NCBI GenBank assembly: GCA_964035545.1
Contig: OZ037765.1
Coordinates: 34,555,880 to 34,619,879, forward strand
Length of the DNA stretch: 64,000 nucleotides
Direction: 5' to 3'
DNA from: Bugula neritina
Taxonomy: Eukaryota; Animalia; Bryozoa
Numbering within the stretch: the first letter of the stretch is position 1; every line of letters starts with the position of its first letter. A model generated the notes under the pieces. That model worked only from the letters and a program-made list of their open reading frames with translations. It was not told the DNA's origin and searched no databases. Both the position numbers and the translations under genes were made by a program. This document shows, piece by piece, positions 47,620-61,000 of the stretch.

Positions 47620-49205
47620 CACCCCCTCACAAGCGCCCACACTACACCTGGCTAGTAGACTCAGTACTAGGAAACTAGTGTATAGCTTGTTGTATTATAT
47701 TAGTAATCTAAATATATTCATTTTACTACCATTACAAGCTCAGTTCTCTCTCTTAAACTTGAAGCAAAATATCACTATTTTCTAGCAACTACAACACACA
47801 TTCATAACCAACAATTCTAGTAGTTTGCTGACAACTACAACACACACATTCATAACCAAAAGATGAAGTCAGCAGGTGAGTTAAGATACTCTTCACCATC
47901 TGCACATGTACCTTGACCTAGTTCTGAGAACGGTCACCAGTTTTCCTCTCCACCTCTCATATGGTGATATATAAACACATACCTTTTAGTATATACTTGA
48001 GGTATAACTGTTACTTGAATCAAGTTATACTTTGTGGTAGTTATGACTACAGTATGTGTCACAGTGTTGTTAACTCTACAAATAGTAATGAAGACTGTGT
48101 TATACAGGTATATAATGTTATATCATAGCTACCTTATCAGTGCATATGGTCCACCCATATTTACATTCACTGATAAACTACACAGCTTAGTCAATAAGCA
48201 AAGTCCAAAGGTAAGTTGAGATACAGAGACAACATAATATGTATTACCTTTGCATCTTCATGAAGACATATTATCATGAATTCCTCTACAGTTCCTTTAT
48301 GAGTAACTCAAACAGTAGCTTTGTTGCCCATAAACTAACCTCTCGTCTATTATAGTTTTCTGAAGGACTATTTTTGACGATTTAAATGCTAATTTCTTCA
48401 ATGAAAGTTTGGGTGGATCAATGTATATTTTAAAATGATGATAATAGACTAATAAAGGCAAAGTACTAATAGTATTATCTGTAATGAGATGCCAACATGC
48501 AAAACTAGCCTTGTGGGACACACTAATCTCTGTCTTTCCATGGATCTATTTAATGCTCACCTTTATAAATAAGCCAACATATTACTGGTTCCAATAAGCA
48601 AGTGATTATTAGTATATAGGGGTTAAAATATAGGCTGAAGTCCTCAATTCTAGACTCATGAAGTAGTAATATTCCAGAACTAACTCACTGATAGTAAATT
48701 TAGCCAGTTTGATCCTATGCACACATATAATATAATCTGCCACAAAACAGGGTCCAAGCCCTTCTCTTGAACCATAAGATACAGAGGGAGCATTACTTAA
48801 AGACTAAAAGTTATGTAATTGACATATCATTGTGAAGAGCAGTCTCTTTATAGTAGAGTAACAGCACCTGCTTCTTTCACAATTTGCAGTATATATGAAG
48901 CTCACTGATACCCAAACAGGAAGCAGTATTCTTGCATGTTGGCACCCCAATACTATTCAATCTAGTTTAGTGAGCATCTTTCAATACTTCATATATAATT
49001 CATTTCAAGTAGGTGATTTTTGTCAATTACAATAAATTCAAATCAATGATTAGTAAGATAACTATCCCTATAGAATAATAAAATAAAATATATAAGATAT
49101 AAAACTGTCATTTCCAGCTCTGAACTTAGATGCAGTTTATTCATTGCACTGCTTTACCCTCTGGTTGACCTTAAAATTGTAACAAATAGATAATAATGGC
49201 TGTGG

Positions 49206-49340
49206 TACTGTTATATATTATATATTACTCTGTATATTATTACACCTAACTACTGTTATATATGATATATTACTCTGTATATTATTACACCTAACTACTG
49301 TTATATATGATATATTACTCTGTATATTATTACACCTAAC
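49206..49340. repeat. 45-bp tandem repeat, about 3 copies
   Basis: Unit TACTGTTATATATGATATATTACTCTGTATATTATTACACCTAAC. Confidence 0.85.
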
Positions 49341-49518
49341 TACTGTTTTATATGATATATAGGCTCCATGTTTATGTTTAGGCAGCTGTTAGTATATAAT
49401 TATCAATAATCGTGGTGAGGGTCGCAAATTGCCACCGCGCATCATATCAGCGCTGCGTCCCTTGGCGCACATAACTTACAGCGAGTTGATTTTCTTTTTT
49501 TCCTTAGAGACCATTGTC

Positions 49519-51153
<1,635 letters not shown>

Positions 51154-51160
51154 CCATTGT

Positions 51161-51239
51161 CCAATCAAAGGGTAATATGGACTACACCGTCCAATAACAT
51201 AGTACTTGCCTATCATTCAACGCGCTATATTCAACCAAT
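51161..51239 (+). promoter_or_regulatory. Three CCAAT boxes upstream of the NDC80-like ATG
   Basis: CCAAT at 51161, 51191 and 51235. Clustered NF-Y boxes are typical of G2/M gene promoters; function here is inferred. Confidence 0.4.
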
Positions 51240-51397
51240 TCATTGTAATAATATTATTGCCATCCACAGCCTTGCAACGCTAGACCTAGTACTTCAACTT
51301 GGAGCATTTTCATCTTGTATTACATTTTCTATCAATAAGCTCAGTTTTTTAACACGAAATCGCATGTAATTATTATTAAAAGTATCATATAAAAGGA

Positions 51398-54300
51398 ATG
51401 TTTTCGTCAAAGCGATCGGGTAAACTTAAACTAACTCTGATACTGAGTCTGATAGCCTAAAGTAAAGATAAAAGAGTAAAGTTAAACTTGAAAGTAAAAC
51501 TAAAATAAATACCCTTACTGATGGTGATACTTGAAATTAGAGTTAATACAACACTTACGCTACTTATACTTATTGCTATACTATTACTTGTAGTAGTACC
51601 AGTAGTAGTAGGCTTACTAGTACTACTACTAGTAGTAGTAGTACTAGTAGTAGTAAGCCTACTACTACTTAAAGTACTACTACTAATTACTAGTAGGACT
51701 ACTAGTACTAGTACTACTACACTACTAGTAGTAGTAGTAGTACTATTACTAGTAGTAGTAGGCATACTATTACTTATACAGTACTAGTAGTATAACTATA
51801 AGTATTATTAATATTAATAGTAACAGGCCAATAGACAATAGTAATACTAATACTTGTAGTCATAGTTATACCAATACTTACACTTGACTCTTAAGACTTA
51901 CATATATGATATTGGAGAGTTTAGACTTTTTTAAAAGTTAAAGTTCAATTTATAGTTTGTTTTATAGTAATAGTAATAGTCATACTGATACTAATCCTAT
52001 AAGTTTAACTTAGATTTTGTTCAATAAATTAAAATATAAAACTTATACTAATATTTATACTTATAGCAATACTAATACTCATAGTAATAGTAATACTCAT
52101 AGACTCATAGTGATAGTAATACTATTATCAATAGAGTTGCTGTTAGTTTTAGACATAGTTATACTTTCAATCATAATGATGATGGTAGCAAATAACTAAT
52201 GATTATTAGTAATAACTAATAAGTAATATTATTACTAATAGTAATAATAGTGGTAAGTGATTAGGTTATTATTTATTACTATTAGTAACTGTAAGTCACA
52301 AGCCCAAAGTCAATAGTTAATTATTGATTATTAATATATATTAAATTATTATACTGACTTTGATGTAGATATTAATTGAATTTAATACCATTAATAATGA
52401 TTATAATAAAGTTTTATAAATATAATAGTTGTAGTGGGTCTAAGTATTGTAATTACACCTTTAATTTTTTAGCATCCCTTGATAGACGTCTCAGCAGAAC
52501 ATCCAGGACTGGTGGGTTATCCATAAACTATTATAAACTTGTATATTTGTTGGATTGTTGGTGTGGTATGACATCACAATATATCTTGAGTCATCGTTGT
52601 TTGCTGTGCTCATTAAAAGACTTGGCTGGGAAAAGGTTTAGACAGGTTGTGAATTATTCTTCGGAATATGATAATTCTGTGACTCGCAGGGTCAGGTGAC
52701 CGGGATAAGAATGACCGACAAAGTGTACGCACGTCACGCACCAGTCTGTTTGAACCTCTACAGCGGGCGCCGGATTTCCGAGCTGATAAACAGAAGAACA
52801 TCTCCGAGCTCATTTCCTTCCTCCACACGTGGAAAATTGAAAATTTCGAAAAGTACTCGACAAAAGTAAGTTCTCCTTATTTCTCTCACCACGTGTTGAA
52901 TGTCTCTCACTATGTGTTGAAAGTGTCTATCACCACATGTTGAAAGTGTCTCCCACCACATGTTGAAAGTGTCTCTCACCACGTGTTGAAAGTGTCTCTC
53001 ACCATGTGTTGAAAGTGTCTCTCACCATGTGTTGAAAGTGTCTCCCACCACATGTTGAAAGTGTCTCTCACCACGTGTTGAAAGTGTCTCTCACCACGTG
53101 TTGAAAGTGTCTCTCACCACGTGTTGAAAGTGTCTCCCACCACATGTTGAAAGTGTCTCTCACCATGTGTTGAATGTAGTGTTATATTTACCAGTCATGT
53201 TGTTCAACTAAATAAAGGACAAGAGTTGAAGGATTAACAGTGACATTACATACTATATTCTGCAGCTCATGCAATGTCCCTCCTCCAAGATGTTTCTGGA
53301 CATATTCAACTTCCTGGTGGAGATCATAATGCCCGGATATCAACTGGCTAACAGATACGAAGAGGACTTTGTGTACATCATGAAGTCTATTGGTTACCCG
53401 TACACCATCAACAAGTCCTCCGTCTTGTCCATAGCACCACACTCCTGGCCGTCTCTCTGCCACGCCCTCGTCATTCTAACCAGGGCCATCGAGGAGATGC
53501 CCTCCGCCAAGTTTCCTGACAATCAGTTTATAGTGAGTATATACTGTATTAGTTTATAGTGAGTATATACTGTATTAGTTTATAGTGAGTATATACTGTA
53601 TTAGTTTATAGTGAGTATATACTGTATTAGTTTATAGTAAGTATATACTGTATTATTATCAGTTTATTATTCTGCATCTGCTGCCAGGACTGCTGCCTGG
53701 AAATTGCAGCCCACCCGGACAGAGTGGAGGAGCTACAGGAGCAGATGAGAAGAGAAGTTTTAGAGGAGAAGCTGATGGTGAATGAGTCTTGTGAGAAAAA
53801 GTTGGAGGCGGAGAGACGAGAGTTTGAAATGCTGCGGAGAAAAGTGAGTCACCTTGAGATTTAGACTCTCTTGTAATGAGAGATCAGTGTAGTATATGTT
53901 ACAGGTAATGAGAGAGAGATCAGTGTAGTATATGTTACAGGTAATGAGAGAGAGATCAGTGTAGTATATGTTACATGTAATGAGAGAGAGATCAGTGTAG
54001 TATATGTTACATGTAATGAGAGAGAGAGAGATCAGTGTACTATATGTTACAGGTAATGAGAGAGAGATCAGTGTAGTATATGTTACAGGTAATGAGAGAG
54101 AGATCAGTGTAGTATATGTTACAGGTAATGAGAGAGAGAGATTAGTGTAGTATATGTTACAGGTAATGAGAGAGAGAGAGAGATCAGTGTAGTATATGTT
54201 ACAGGTAATGAGAGAGAGATCAGTGTAGTATATGTTACAGGTAATGAGAGAGAGAGATCAGTGTAGTATATGTTACAGGTGATAGAAGATGAGAGAGAGA

Positions 54301-57300
54301 TCAGTGTAGTATATGTTACAGGTGATAGAAGATGAGAGAGAGATCAGTGAAATGAAGCAGAGAAATGAAGAAATTGAAGACTCGATAGCCAAGCTAGAGG
54401 AGTACGAGAGAGAAGTGAACATATATCTTGAGTCAAAGGAGGAACAACTCCTTAACTTGGATGTGGAGCTGAAACGTCTGTCTACTCTGAATGAGGAGGT
54501 GGGGAATAGGAGAGACGCACTGGGTGAGTGACTCAGAGTGTAGTATCAGTGTTGACTCACACTAACTACACACTAACTATATACTAACTATATACTGTAT
54601 ACTCACTATATACTGTATACTCACTATACACTGTATACTAACTATATACTGTATACTCACTATATACTAACTATACACTCACAGAGAAAGAGTACACACT
54701 GTATACTCACTATATACTAACTACACACTCACAGAGAAAGAGTACACACTGTATACTCACTATATACTAACTATACACTCACAGAGAAAGAGTACACACT
54801 GTATACTAACTATACACTAACTACACACTCACAGAGAAAGAGTACACACTGTATACTCACTATATACTAACTACACACTCACAGAGAAAGAGTACACACT
54901 GTATACTCACTATATACTAACTACACACTCACAGAGAAAGAGTACACACTCTATACTCACTATATACTAACTACACACTCACAGAGAAAGAGTACACACT
55001 GTATACTCACTATACACTAACTATACACTCACAGAGAAAGAGTACACACTGTATACTCACTATACACTAACTACACACTCACAGAGAAAGAGTACACACT
55101 GTATACTCACTATATACTAACTACACACTCACAGAGAAAGAGTACACACTCTATACTCACTATATACTAACTATACACTCACAGAGAAAGAGTACACACT
55201 GTATACTCACTATATACTAACTATACACTCACAGAGAAAGAGTACACACTGTATACTCACTATATACTAACTACACACTCGCAGAGAAAGAGTACACACT
55301 CTATACTCACTATATACTAACTATACACTCACAGAGAAAGAGTACACACTGTATACTCACTATATACTAACTACACACTCACAGAGAAAGAGTACACACT
55401 GTATACTCACTATATACTAACTACACACTCACAGAGAAAGAGTACACACTGTATACTAACTATATACTAACTATACACTCACAGAGAAAGAGTACACACT
55501 GAGAACACAAGAGTTGAGTGAAGAAGACAGGAAGCTGATGATACAACAAAAGACTCAACTCGCAACTCGCAAGAAACAGCTGCTGGAAGATGCGGAGAAT
55601 TTGCAGGAGAGACTCGGAGATCTGGAGATGAAGCAGTGTCAGGCTAAAGATCTGGTAACCTTGTCTACTACCTTGTCTACTACCTTGTCTACTACCTTGT
55701 CTACCTTGTCTACTACCTTGTCTACTACCTCGTCTACTACCTTGTCTACCACCTTGTCTACTACCTTGTCTACCACCTTGTCTACTACCTTGTCTACCAC
55801 CTTGTCTACTACCTTGTCTACCACCTTGTCTACTACCTTGTCTACCACCTTGTCTACTACCTTGTCTACTACCTTGTCTACCTTGTCTACTACCTTGTCT
55901 ACTACCTCGTCTACTACCTTGTCTACTACCTTGTCTACTACCTTGTCTACTACCTTGTCTACTACCTTGTCTACCACCTTGTCTACTACCTTATCTACCA
56001 CCTTGTCTACTACCTTGTCTACTACCTTGTCTACTACCTTGTCTACTACCTTGTCTACTACCTTGTCTACCACCTTGTCTACTACCTGCTCTACTACCTT
56101 GTCTACTACCTTGTCTACTACCTTGTCTACCACCTTGTCTACTACCTTGTCTACTACCTTGTCTACTACTTCGTCTACTACTTTGTCAACTACCTCTACT
56201 ACTACCTCTACTACTACCTGTATAACTATACATCTGTACATACTGTAGGCCACTGCAAAATGCAAGGAGTTCAACCACCTGGTAGACACTAACATGAACT
56301 CGTCAGTATCTGATAATCTGAAAGTAGACTGCAGTGTCTCGGGTCTCCAGAAGTTACAGCGAGCTGTCATGGTGAGTCTCTGGTGGTGTTACGAGTCAGT
56401 CAGTTGCTTGTAGCTGATTGGTCCTCTCTGTCATGTGACCTTTGAACTAAGTCAGTGCCAGGCAACACGCTGACTCTCTGTTTCAGCCATATTTAGAGAA
56501 GACGAGGGCCGACTTAGAGTCAACAAGCGAGAGAGAGTTGAAAGAGAAAGTGAAGGCGAGGGAGCAGACAGCTGCGAATCTGCGGATAAAGAAGGCGGAG
56601 CTAGACGACCTGAGGAGACAGCAGAGTTCGGTTCAGCTGAGAAGTGAGACGGCCCTGAGTCAGCTGTCAGACCAGGTGGAGGGGCTGTCTCATGACAATG
56701 AGAAGGTCAAGGATAAATACCAAAAGGTGTTCACAGCGAGGAAAGATCTGGAAGGGAAGTTGAGGAAAGAGAAAGTAAGTGTAGCTGTGAAGTAGGTGTG
56801 TCATCCAGTGTGGTACAGTTGAGTCTCACCTGCTAATAGTACTCACAGTGTTTCATCTTGTAGTAGGAGGTGTGTGCTCTCTAAGGGTTACCACAGGATA
56901 TGCTTTCCTTGTTTTGGTGTTATGACACAAATAATTAAGATTACTTCTGTTGTTGGGCAGACAAGTACAGTATTTTATTCTGCCACCAGCATGTGGTACA
57001 TTCCCATGATTGGTTAACCACTGAGAGATGCAACTGCTGAATGGCTGTGTATTTCATGTATATCAGTGCAAAAACTTTCAATTCAGGAAGATGTGAATAA
57101 ATTGGAGTCGGTGACGGCAGAGTCTAAGAAGAAGTACGAATTGGAAGAAGAAAGGAAAGTTGCAAAGTTGAAGACCGCCGTGGAAAAGTACGACACATTA
57201 AATAAGAAGGTGAAGGACACATTACGTAGGCAGCAGAGAGAGTTGAGTAGTCAGTTGGTGAGAGCCGAGTGTCTCAAAGCAGAGTGTGAGAATGTGAAGT

Positions 57301-57341
57301 TCCTAGCCCTGTCTCATATTCACAGTGACTCTGGGGACTAG
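51398..57341 (+). CDS. NDC80: Kinetochore protein NDC80/HEC1-like, 10 exons, about 565 aa
   Basis: Exons 51398-51419, 52473-52511, 52690-52865, 53266-53532, 53688-53843, 54322-54523, 55485-55654, 56249-56371, 56487-56774, 57087-57341 (1698 nt, in frame). Basic N-tail (KRSAS, RRLS, RTSLF); CH-domain motif CPSSKMFLDIFNFL...YEEDF...IGYPYTINKSSVLSIAPHSWP; long coiled coil. The first two small exons are less certain. Confidence 0.85.
51540..51800. repeat. (TAG)n/(CTA)n low-complexity tract in NDC80 intron 1
   Basis: Alternating AGT and ACT runs; a similar tract lies at about 350-540. Confidence 0.8.
52882..53175. repeat. 23-bp minisatellite (TCTCTCACCACGTGTTGAAAGTG)n, NDC80 intron 3
   Basis: About 12-13 head-to-tail units with no spacers. 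Confidence 0.92.
53525..53654. repeat. 26-bp repeat duplicating the exon 4 donor (AGTTTATA|GTGAGTATATACTGTATT)
   Basis: 5 copies; the first overlaps the exon end. Confidence 0.9.
53874..54348. repeat. About 37-43-bp repeat duplicating the exon 6 acceptor (TAGTATATGTTACAG|GT..GAGAGAGATCAGTG)
   Basis: About 12 copies; the last overlaps the exon start. Confidence 0.9.
54661..55500. repeat. 50-bp repeat duplicating the exon 7 acceptor (CTATACACTCACAG|AGAAAGAGTACACACT)
   Basis: About 17 copies; the last overlaps the exon start. Confidence 0.92.
55659..56220. repeat. 12-bp minisatellite (CCTTGTCTACTA)n, NDC80 intron 7
   Basis: Begins just after the GTAA donor at 55655. Confidence 0.92.
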
Positions 57342-58094
57342 TGGCAGACCACCCGTGTTCTGTGTGTCAAGTTATTCTACTAACAATATAGCCTGCATAC
57401 AATATTATACTGCTAAGTTACTGTTTCAATATTATTTGCTTCATCACCTTTGTTGCTTTCTACTAAATTTGTTAATTTTATAAAATATATTTATTAAAGT
57501 ACTACTCCTTGGGTGGCCACCTCATCCTAGTAATACACTCATACTTTAATCCGCTTCAATCAACTTTATGAAAACTTCAATTGGTTACTGAATTATCTAA
57601 TCTCAAGTAGAGACAACTCTTCAAATCAATTTTATTTACTAAGGCATATGCAATGGTTTCTCTACATCCTAAGAATAATATGTTGAATAGATGGTAATGA
57701 GATAAAAGTACAGAAATAACATAGATGATGGGGCTAAGCATGAAACCCCATAAACATGTTTAAGTCAATTCAACAGATTTCAACCAGGTTTCACAGCTGA
57801 ATAAACTTCTATGTGCAAATATGTGAGTGTCTATACATTTAATAAAAGTAAATAGGCAAAAAACACAAAGAATTTATGTTGTTTAGCATGCAAGTTGAAT
57901 AAAAAGTGGATGTGGTAACTCACATTTCTACTTAAATCACAGGAACAGGCAAAATATATGAATTCATAAAATTAGAAATGATTGCATAAAATCAAAAGAC
58001 ATATGACAAGTCTGTCTAGCAGCTGCAAGTATCTAGCTAATATGGCAGGTCTGTGTCTGCTGCATGTGAACGCGTGATGTGCTGCAGATGTCAC

Positions 58095-61000
58095 TCACTG
58101 TGGGAGTTGTCTGCCATGGAACTTTGGAAAGAAGAAAAGTTTTCTGAGGTGAGTGAAAGTACATTCCTGACAATTAGGTACATTACCACCAGCTGCTTCA
58201 TCTCCTGTCTTCTTACAATATGCAATACTGACTCTTCTAACTCTGTCTTGTATCTGTAAGTATAAATAGAAGAGAAATATAAAGCTGATGACTCAACACA
58301 CTACACAGTATCATACAAAGAGTAATACTGAAGTACTTACTATCCTAAACAGCTCACTAACATCTCTGTGACAGCTGTGTCTGTAGAATGTAGCCACCAG
58401 TATTCTAATAAACCAGGTACCATAATTCTCATTCCTACCAGCCTTGTAAGCTGTAACACATGAAAATGAGCAGTTAAATGTGAATGTCAGATTGATATGT
58501 GAAATAGTTTTTATTTAAAATTTGCAACAATTCTATTGACATGCAGCAAATATTTTAATTCGCACAAATAAAAGTTTCAGTCGACTCAAATATAATTTTC
58601 TTCCCACTAACTTTCTGTACTTGGCTTCACAATGTAGAAGTCATCAGCATCTAGGTGAGTGAATCTATCAAAGTGAATATTTGGAGACACATGTTGACCT
58701 GCAGAAGACTCACTCCCAGCTGTTGCAGAAGATGAGGGTAGAGGGGTTGGTGTTGGTGGTGAGATGGTGTCTAGGCTTTGTGACTGTGCAGCATTACCAG
58801 AATCAGTTCTGCCTGTATACAAGATCATCGATGATGCAGAGTGAGAACAAACCCACCACTTGATTTCCATGTAGTAAAACCAACTCAAAACTAGAAGACG
58901 TATATATGTACTTTGGTTCAAAAAAAAATTATTTGGAACCATTATTAGTTCTAATAATTACTGTAACATGAATTAATGTAATCTAACTGCTAGTTCTAGT
59001 AACATGAGGAACAACTCTGCATTACTTACTGCCAGAACAGGCATGGAAGATGATGAGTTTGGGTTTTCCTCTCATGGCAGGAAATTTACTAGCTGAGAGT
59101 AAATCTTTGACTTCTGACAAGTTGACAGGTTTACAGTGTCTGTCATAGAAGATGTTTCCAGAAGTTCCGTGTGACATGATGACTAGAATGAACATGCCAA
59201 GATCCTTGTGGTCTCTGTGGGTGGTCTCCTTTCTCACTTCTGATAATATCTCCTGGTGAGTCATATTTAAATATTAAAATAAAGAGAGCTTTTGGTAAAT
59301 TTTTGTTATCATGGTATAGAAAGACATTTTTAGAGCTGATAGAAACTAACATCTGGTGAACATAAAATATTATATATTTGTTTAGATGTATGCTAGGAAT
59401 GTTGCTTTCAATGGTGAACTTGACAGCTAGTGTTGCATTTAGAATACAATGAATAACATATTATTAATTAACAGTCTATGTCAATAGTACAGAGCTTTAT
59501 TACACAACGGATAAGAGATTGATATAGTAACCTGTTTACTCAGGTCAAACAGAGGATCATCTTCATTGGCTACAACAAATCCCATGTCTTTCAACAGAGT
59601 TTTGATGTTAACATAGTCGATGTATGAACCATCTCGGGTTGCCTTAGTCAATTCACTGCCATCATCTCTAAAGAATCTCTCATTGTTTATGATCATGACA
59701 CGACCTCTAACAGGGTCACTCATCGCATAAACCTGCAAACCAATGCATTTTATCTTACTAAGGGTAGAAACTGAAAACGGATTAATCAAATCAAATATGA
59801 GATTCAATAGAAAATAAATGAAGAGCCATAATATCAAAAAATATTTTTCAATGATCTAAAAACTTGCGTTACCTGCTGGTGGTTGTCAAACTTCTGTCTA
59901 ACTCGTTCATTGATGGTAGGTTTCAGCTGCATGCCATCAACCATAAATATAAAAGGTTCAAGGTCATCTTTAGTAAAATCAGCATATCCTTCCTCTTCTA
60001 CATCAGAGCATTCACTGAGGTTATCATCTTCACCCAGTACTAAAATAAACAAAAAGGAGATATGTTCAGTGCTAAGTATCAGATCTACTAAGATATACTA
60101 AGTATCAGAATGACTGTTAACAATGAACAGAATTATACTTTCCCGTTTTAATCAGTAATTATATAAATAATATAATAATTATATAAATCAATTAAAGCTA
60201 AGTGATTTTGTTCTATCTGAGTGTCATGAGTTCTTGTCTATTGCTGTTTACATATGACTGAGCTCAGGCAGAGGATGTTACTTCTAACAGTAACAGTTTA
60301 TGATAGAAAACTGATCATACCAGGGACAATTGAAGTAGTCTCTTCTCTTGCAGATCTCAGTTTGTTGACATATTCTTTTATGTTATCAGCTTCTTCTGGA
60401 GAGAGAGAACTGCCTGGATAATGAAAAACTGTCAGTTACCACATGAAAGTTCTATGCTTCTTAATATCAGAACATAAATAGTAGAAAGACTGATGAAAGT
60501 GAGCAAAACTAAATATTCACTTCAAACTGAATGTAAACATACATGGATAGAGTAGAGCACTTGGTATCTCCTCGTCACCACACAGAGTTGTTGAAGATCC
60601 ACTACACAGTCTGGGACTTGGTCTGAGATGTTTCAAGGAACGAAGACACCATGGAGGATTCAGCACTTTCTTAGGACAAGGAAGTCCTAGCAGAAGACAG
60701 TGAGCACAGCAGCATGTAGTGACTGGTCTACTTGCTGTCCAAGTTTCTAGGACATGTCTAAGGATGTTGTTGTTGGTGGTGATGAGTCTCTCCCACATTC
60801 TGCTGATGTTGGCAGCATTAGATGACACGTAGAGTAACACCTTTCTAGATGTATAGTCATGTACCAGCTGTGTGTAGATTCCATCTTGATAGACATTGGC
60901 GCCATTTTTCTTCACTTTAATCACAGCAAACTCATCAGAAAACAACTTTAACAAGCAAACTATCATCTGCTGGTAGACATAGTGTGGTAGCGCTAGACCA

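Noticed and set aside
51457-51787. Thr-rich and Val/Leu-rich 'membrane' ORFs
   Set aside because: Translation of (TAG/CTA)n low complexity within NDC80 intron 1.
52882-55500. Regular 23-50-bp repeats resembling a CRISPR array
   Set aside because: Head-to-tail units with no unique spacers, no cas genes, and located inside eukaryotic introns.
55514-56370. 244-aa STTL-repeat and 243-aa VVDK-repeat ORFs
   Set aside because: Read-through of a 12-bp intronic minisatellite after the donor at 55655; only 55485-55654 is exon.
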